NCBI GenBank assembly: GCA_000708835.1
Contig: DF237534.1
Span: 1 to 55,661, forward strand
DNA: 55,661 nucleotides
Direction: 5' to 3'
Source: Klebsormidium nitens
Lineage: Eukaryota > Plantae > Klebsormidiophyceae
Below, in pieces: positions 52,101 through 55,661 of the stretch. Both the position numbers and the translations under genes were made by a program. The notes beneath the pieces were generated by a model. The model did not search any database and had not been told where the DNA came from. It saw nothing but the letters and a program-made list of their open reading frames with translations. Each line of letters starts with the position of its first letter. Position 1 is the stretch's first letter.

Positions 52101-55100
52101 TGCCACCCTGTTGGACAAAATGAAGAAAGACAAATCTAAAGAATTCTGTTAACGGCCCTGTTAAATCTCACCTTCGCTTTGAGAATCGAAGCAAAAGTTG
52201 CCGAGCAGGAGCAGCTTTGACGAGTATCCGCTCGGTATGCAGGGACCCCGAAACCAGGGGTTCGGATGCAGGACTTGCCCATGGTTGGACCAGGTAGCTG
52301 AAGCTCGAGTTGAATCCGAGTAGGACGCCGTCCGCTGTAACCTCTTCCGGCTCACCAACCGGCCTACACGGAGACGTTGGAGGAATTAGTTATCTAATCG
52401 ACGTGGTGGGAGACGACGAATCTTTCGAAGATCAGAGCAGCCTTGGCGTTGTGTCGCATGCGCCAAGGGAACCGCATACCAGGCTGCACACGTACTCGTT
52501 CCGCTCGTCGCTCCTGCAGCCGGTCGTCGTTAAAGTGAGTACGGAGTAGAGAGCTCGCTTTTCGACAAGAAAAACCCTTTGAACTCATATGGGCATACAG
52601 TGACTGATTGTGCACCAAGCAAATCCTGCCGCCCGGTTCAACGGACATCTGATGACGTCAACGCTTTCAAGATGCACGCTTATGTCGAGCTTGGTCCCAC
52701 TGAGTTATGATCGAAGAAGCGAACGACGGGTCATCAGATCAGCCGAACTTGCCTCTCCAAAGACCGGGGAACGAGAGACAGGTGAGCGACTAGTTTCAAT
52801 CATAGAGAGACGGATGAGGAGAGTGGTCGTTCAGAATCTCTTACCAAAAAGCCTCGAAGCTTTCATCAAGTTTCGTACCTGGCATCGTGCCCGGTTCCAT
52901 TGCAGCACTTGCAGCTGAAGGACGTCTTGTAGTCAATTCTCTGCAGGTTGATATAGTCGAGCCAGGCGGCTTGAAACTTGGAGCGCATGTTGGCGTACTT
53001 CTTCTGGCAGGAAGTCTGGAGGCAAACCAATACCAGCGTACATGGAGACTTGCGTGCTCCACATGGAGAAAAAAGGCAGCTTGGTTCTCCAGAACTGATG
53101 GGAGTACCTGGCGACAAGATGAAAAGGGACCAAGCTTTACGCGGCAGCTTGAGTATCGGAAACGTTAAACGCTTGCCTTGCGGAAACCTCCATTTTGCAA
53201 AGCTCTAGAAAACCCTGCAAAAGGCCCAGAATGCCCACCTTGGCGGTCAGTCAGAAGCAACCCACTGAATCGATTCTCCCACGATCCTCTTCACAGGCAC
53301 ATTCCTGAATATAAGTACTGAAAGTTACAAAGCCAAATCTTTTAGGCTACTAAGGTGCGTGAACAACAAAGTTGAGAGCAAGAGAGGAAGAGAAACGAGC
53401 GCACTAAACACAAGCGAGTTGATTGCTGGAAGAAACTCGAAGACTATATTTAGGGGCAAAGAATGACGACAAGGCAAGCATCTGGTTCGTTTCAAGGCAC
53501 ACAAGATGTAAGCAGGGCCTCTGAAACCATTTCCTCAGACTACAGAAAAGGCCAAGCACCAAAACAATATCTTTCAAACCTTTTTTGAATCAGACGTGGA
53601 GAAGTAGCCGTACGAATATTGAATCTGCTGTCCGGCACTCACCAGTTCAGCAACTCATAACTGAAGAGGTAGACATTGCTGAAGTTGAGGAGACCAACCG
53701 AGGCGCCATCGTAATGCTTCTTGCCACCGCACAGACATGCCCACTCCTCCACCTCAGTGGACACAGGGGCAGTCAGATGGAAAATAGTACCTGACACCCA
53801 CTTCTTCTCTGCTGCCTCCCAAGACCGACCACAACCGCACTGCACCCCCGGCAGTTCCGTTTTGATGGAGCATTTGGGCGGGAACCGGAGCTCAAGGGTG
53901 CCTCGCCTTTTCAAGATATCTGCCAACTCTGGCCCAATCAAATGAGGTTCCTCAACCCGCACCCTACTCAAACAGGTCAGTCGTCTCATCCCTGTGCTAA
54001 GGTCCGATAGAGCTCGCTTGAGGCGCTCCTCAAACTCTGCCGCAGTAAGGGCCTTGCTTGGGGGGACTAAAGCGCTGGCTTCCTCAACCTGGGCCTGTAC
54101 GTGCCAGCACTTGATCCGCCCGCTGCCGGAGCAAGACGTGCAGGCCAAAGTTCCTCGGCTGGTCCGGCGGACTACTGCATACCCCTTGCTGGCGCAGCCA
54201 ACCAAGACTGTGGGAAGGCCGTCCTTCCCTGACCAGGGCAGAGGAATACTTGAAACGCTAACGAGTCGTTCCCCTTCAGCTTCGGTGTCTATCTCCAGCT
54301 CCGCCACTCGCACTGCTGGGGAAAGCACAGCTTGCCTCCTACTTAGGTCCTCAATCTGCAATCCAAGCGTGCTGGCGATGCGTAGAAGGACTTTCAAATG
54401 ATAGCATTGCCCAGCAAGGCCAGCTAGAAAGCTGCGGTCGATTGCTGTCCTAGACAAAGCCTCAAACAAACTCCGATGTAAGATAAGGTCATCAGAGCAA
54501 GAACACCACCAGACGGCGCCTGGACCGCTCTCCCCCAAGGTGATCGTCTTCACGCCAGGGAACTCAAAGCGCATCCAGTCGACATCACCACTTGAAAGAG
54601 AGATTGCGGGAACGCAGACTGCTGCCTGTCCTTGTGAAGAATCGCTCGAGGGCAAACCAGGCGCTCCCTGCATCTGTTGAGCAGCTGAGAGCAGTACTTT
54701 TCCAGAATTGGGTCTGTTTCGGGAGCATTGGGAGGAGCGGCTGCTGGATCCTGGAGGCATGAAGCAACCTCCTTTGCAGGTGTGACTTCAGGGTTGAGAT
54801 CCAAGCAGTCTTCGTCAGCAACGTCCTGATCACCAGACCCTGCCATTGCAGGGATGGCGTTTTCACCTAGCTGCTGACCTATTGAAGGACCACTCCCTGA
54901 CGGCGCGTCTCCCACAGAACCTATGCCTGCTCCTTGCTGCCGTCTCACCAGGCTGGTTTGGAAAAAACTCCCAGCTCGAAAACCAACAGGCTTGCTTGCA
55001 ATGCTGCCTTGCTGCTGGCTGCACCTGGCTTGGGAAGCCTCCCCGGAAATGAGGCTTGAGGACATGTTTGTCACAGGGGTCATCCTGCGACTAGAACCAT

Positions 55101-55173
55101 CCCTACATCCAACATATGCTGTTCTTGTTGGACCAGCGGGCCGGCCGCGCTTACTGGGTGGCTCCCCTTCCAT
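49150..55173 (-). pseudogene. KDZ/Zisupton-like transposase (SWIM finger, CxC-type cysteine cluster, D-D-E-like core), about 1040 aa, 7 exons, 3 single-base frameshifts
   Basis: Exons 55173-53643, 53107-52879, 52363-52172, 51417-51297, 50876-50623, 50285-50179, 49848-49150, all GT-AG with matching phases. Motifs: WWCSCS...QCYHL (SWIM); CTSC...CWH; QCGCGRSW...GTIF...WACLCGGKKHYDGASVGLLNFSNVYLFSYELL (CxC4-like); FQAAWLDYINLQRIDYKTSFSCKCC; VTADGVLLGF; VFCLKCSRCIGFLVMRNAESPRTLFEVLYTRWKRAPKLVAYDNGCH; LNREP...IDALHQPNHKDCS; NTIVHEQRNSRL. Family assigned from remembered motifs, not from a search. Confidence 0.75.
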
Positions 55174-55661
55174 GCTAGCTTGTCAGTCTTTTTCTGATGC
55201 CGCGGCACACAGGAAGGGCCAGCAGCTTAGGTCACGAGATGATACGCACCATAGCATGCGCAATGGTAACGCCCTGGGCCTCAGGCTTCAGTTCGAGCAA
55301 AACGAATCCGGCTCCTCACAAGTAAGATTCTGCGCACAGCATGGCATGCCAGGTCTGTCGATCATCGAGCTGATCAACAGTGTCGGACGGTCAATTAACT
55401 CAATTGCACGTAAAGTTACTTTTGCTGTCAAAGTGATCTGATCAGAAAAACCTGGTTTAGCCGTCAATTGGACTGAAACCGCTATCTGTGACTTTATCCA
55501 TCAACATGACCGACTCGTAACTCACGTAATTATCTATTTTTACTGTCACATTGACTACACGCAAAAAATCTGCACCTTTTCTTACTCGAAACGGTCGAGC
55601 AGAATGAAACTCACCCTATCTCCCGGTAGGATTTCAGCTTGGATGTTTTGGCACGTTTGAT

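Larger units (their letters stand above)
42367..55173. mobile_element. Probable KDZ (Kyakuja/Dileera/Zisupton-like) DNA transposon with two convergent genes; termini not located
   Basis: Spliced KDZ-type transposase on the minus strand and an unrelated zinc-finger/repeat gene on the plus strand, transcribed toward each other. Both show the same kind of single-base frameshifts. That the plus gene belongs to the element is inferred. Confidence 0.6.

Noticed and set aside
53639-53642. Apparent premature stop (LLNW*) in the transposase
   Set aside because: The TGA is part of a perfect GTGAGT donor; splicing to 53107 restores W-YSHQFW.

Overview
Eukaryotic, intron-rich genomic DNA (about 52% GC, GT-AG introns of roughly 0.2-1.2 kb, two N gaps). 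By gene content and style it most resembles a streptophyte green alga such as Klebsormidium; this is an inference. Because genes are spliced, the supplied ORF track is mostly noise, so I rebuilt gene models by hand from splice sites and phases. In order: (1) a partial Cys-rich minus-strand exon running off the left edge; (2) a 13-exon methylcrotonyl-CoA carboxylase alpha subunit (MCCA), whose intron 6 holds five degenerate copies of the exon-7 acceptor and exon start; (3) a 23-exon gene of about 2000 aa encoding two complete 6TM + hybrid histidine kinase + receiver modules in one chain, an architecture like that of membrane adenylyl cyclases; (4) a 7-exon TrmJ-type SPOUT tRNA methyltransferase; (5) a 2-exon, bacterial-like SnoaL/NTF2 protein; (6) an approximately 13 kb block with a spliced KDZ/Zisupton-like transposase (SWIM, CxC cluster, D-D-E-like core) on the minus strand and a convergent uncharacterised zinc-finger/Gly-Pro repeat gene on the plus strand, both carrying only single-base frameshifts. 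No rRNA, tRNA or CRISPR features were seen.
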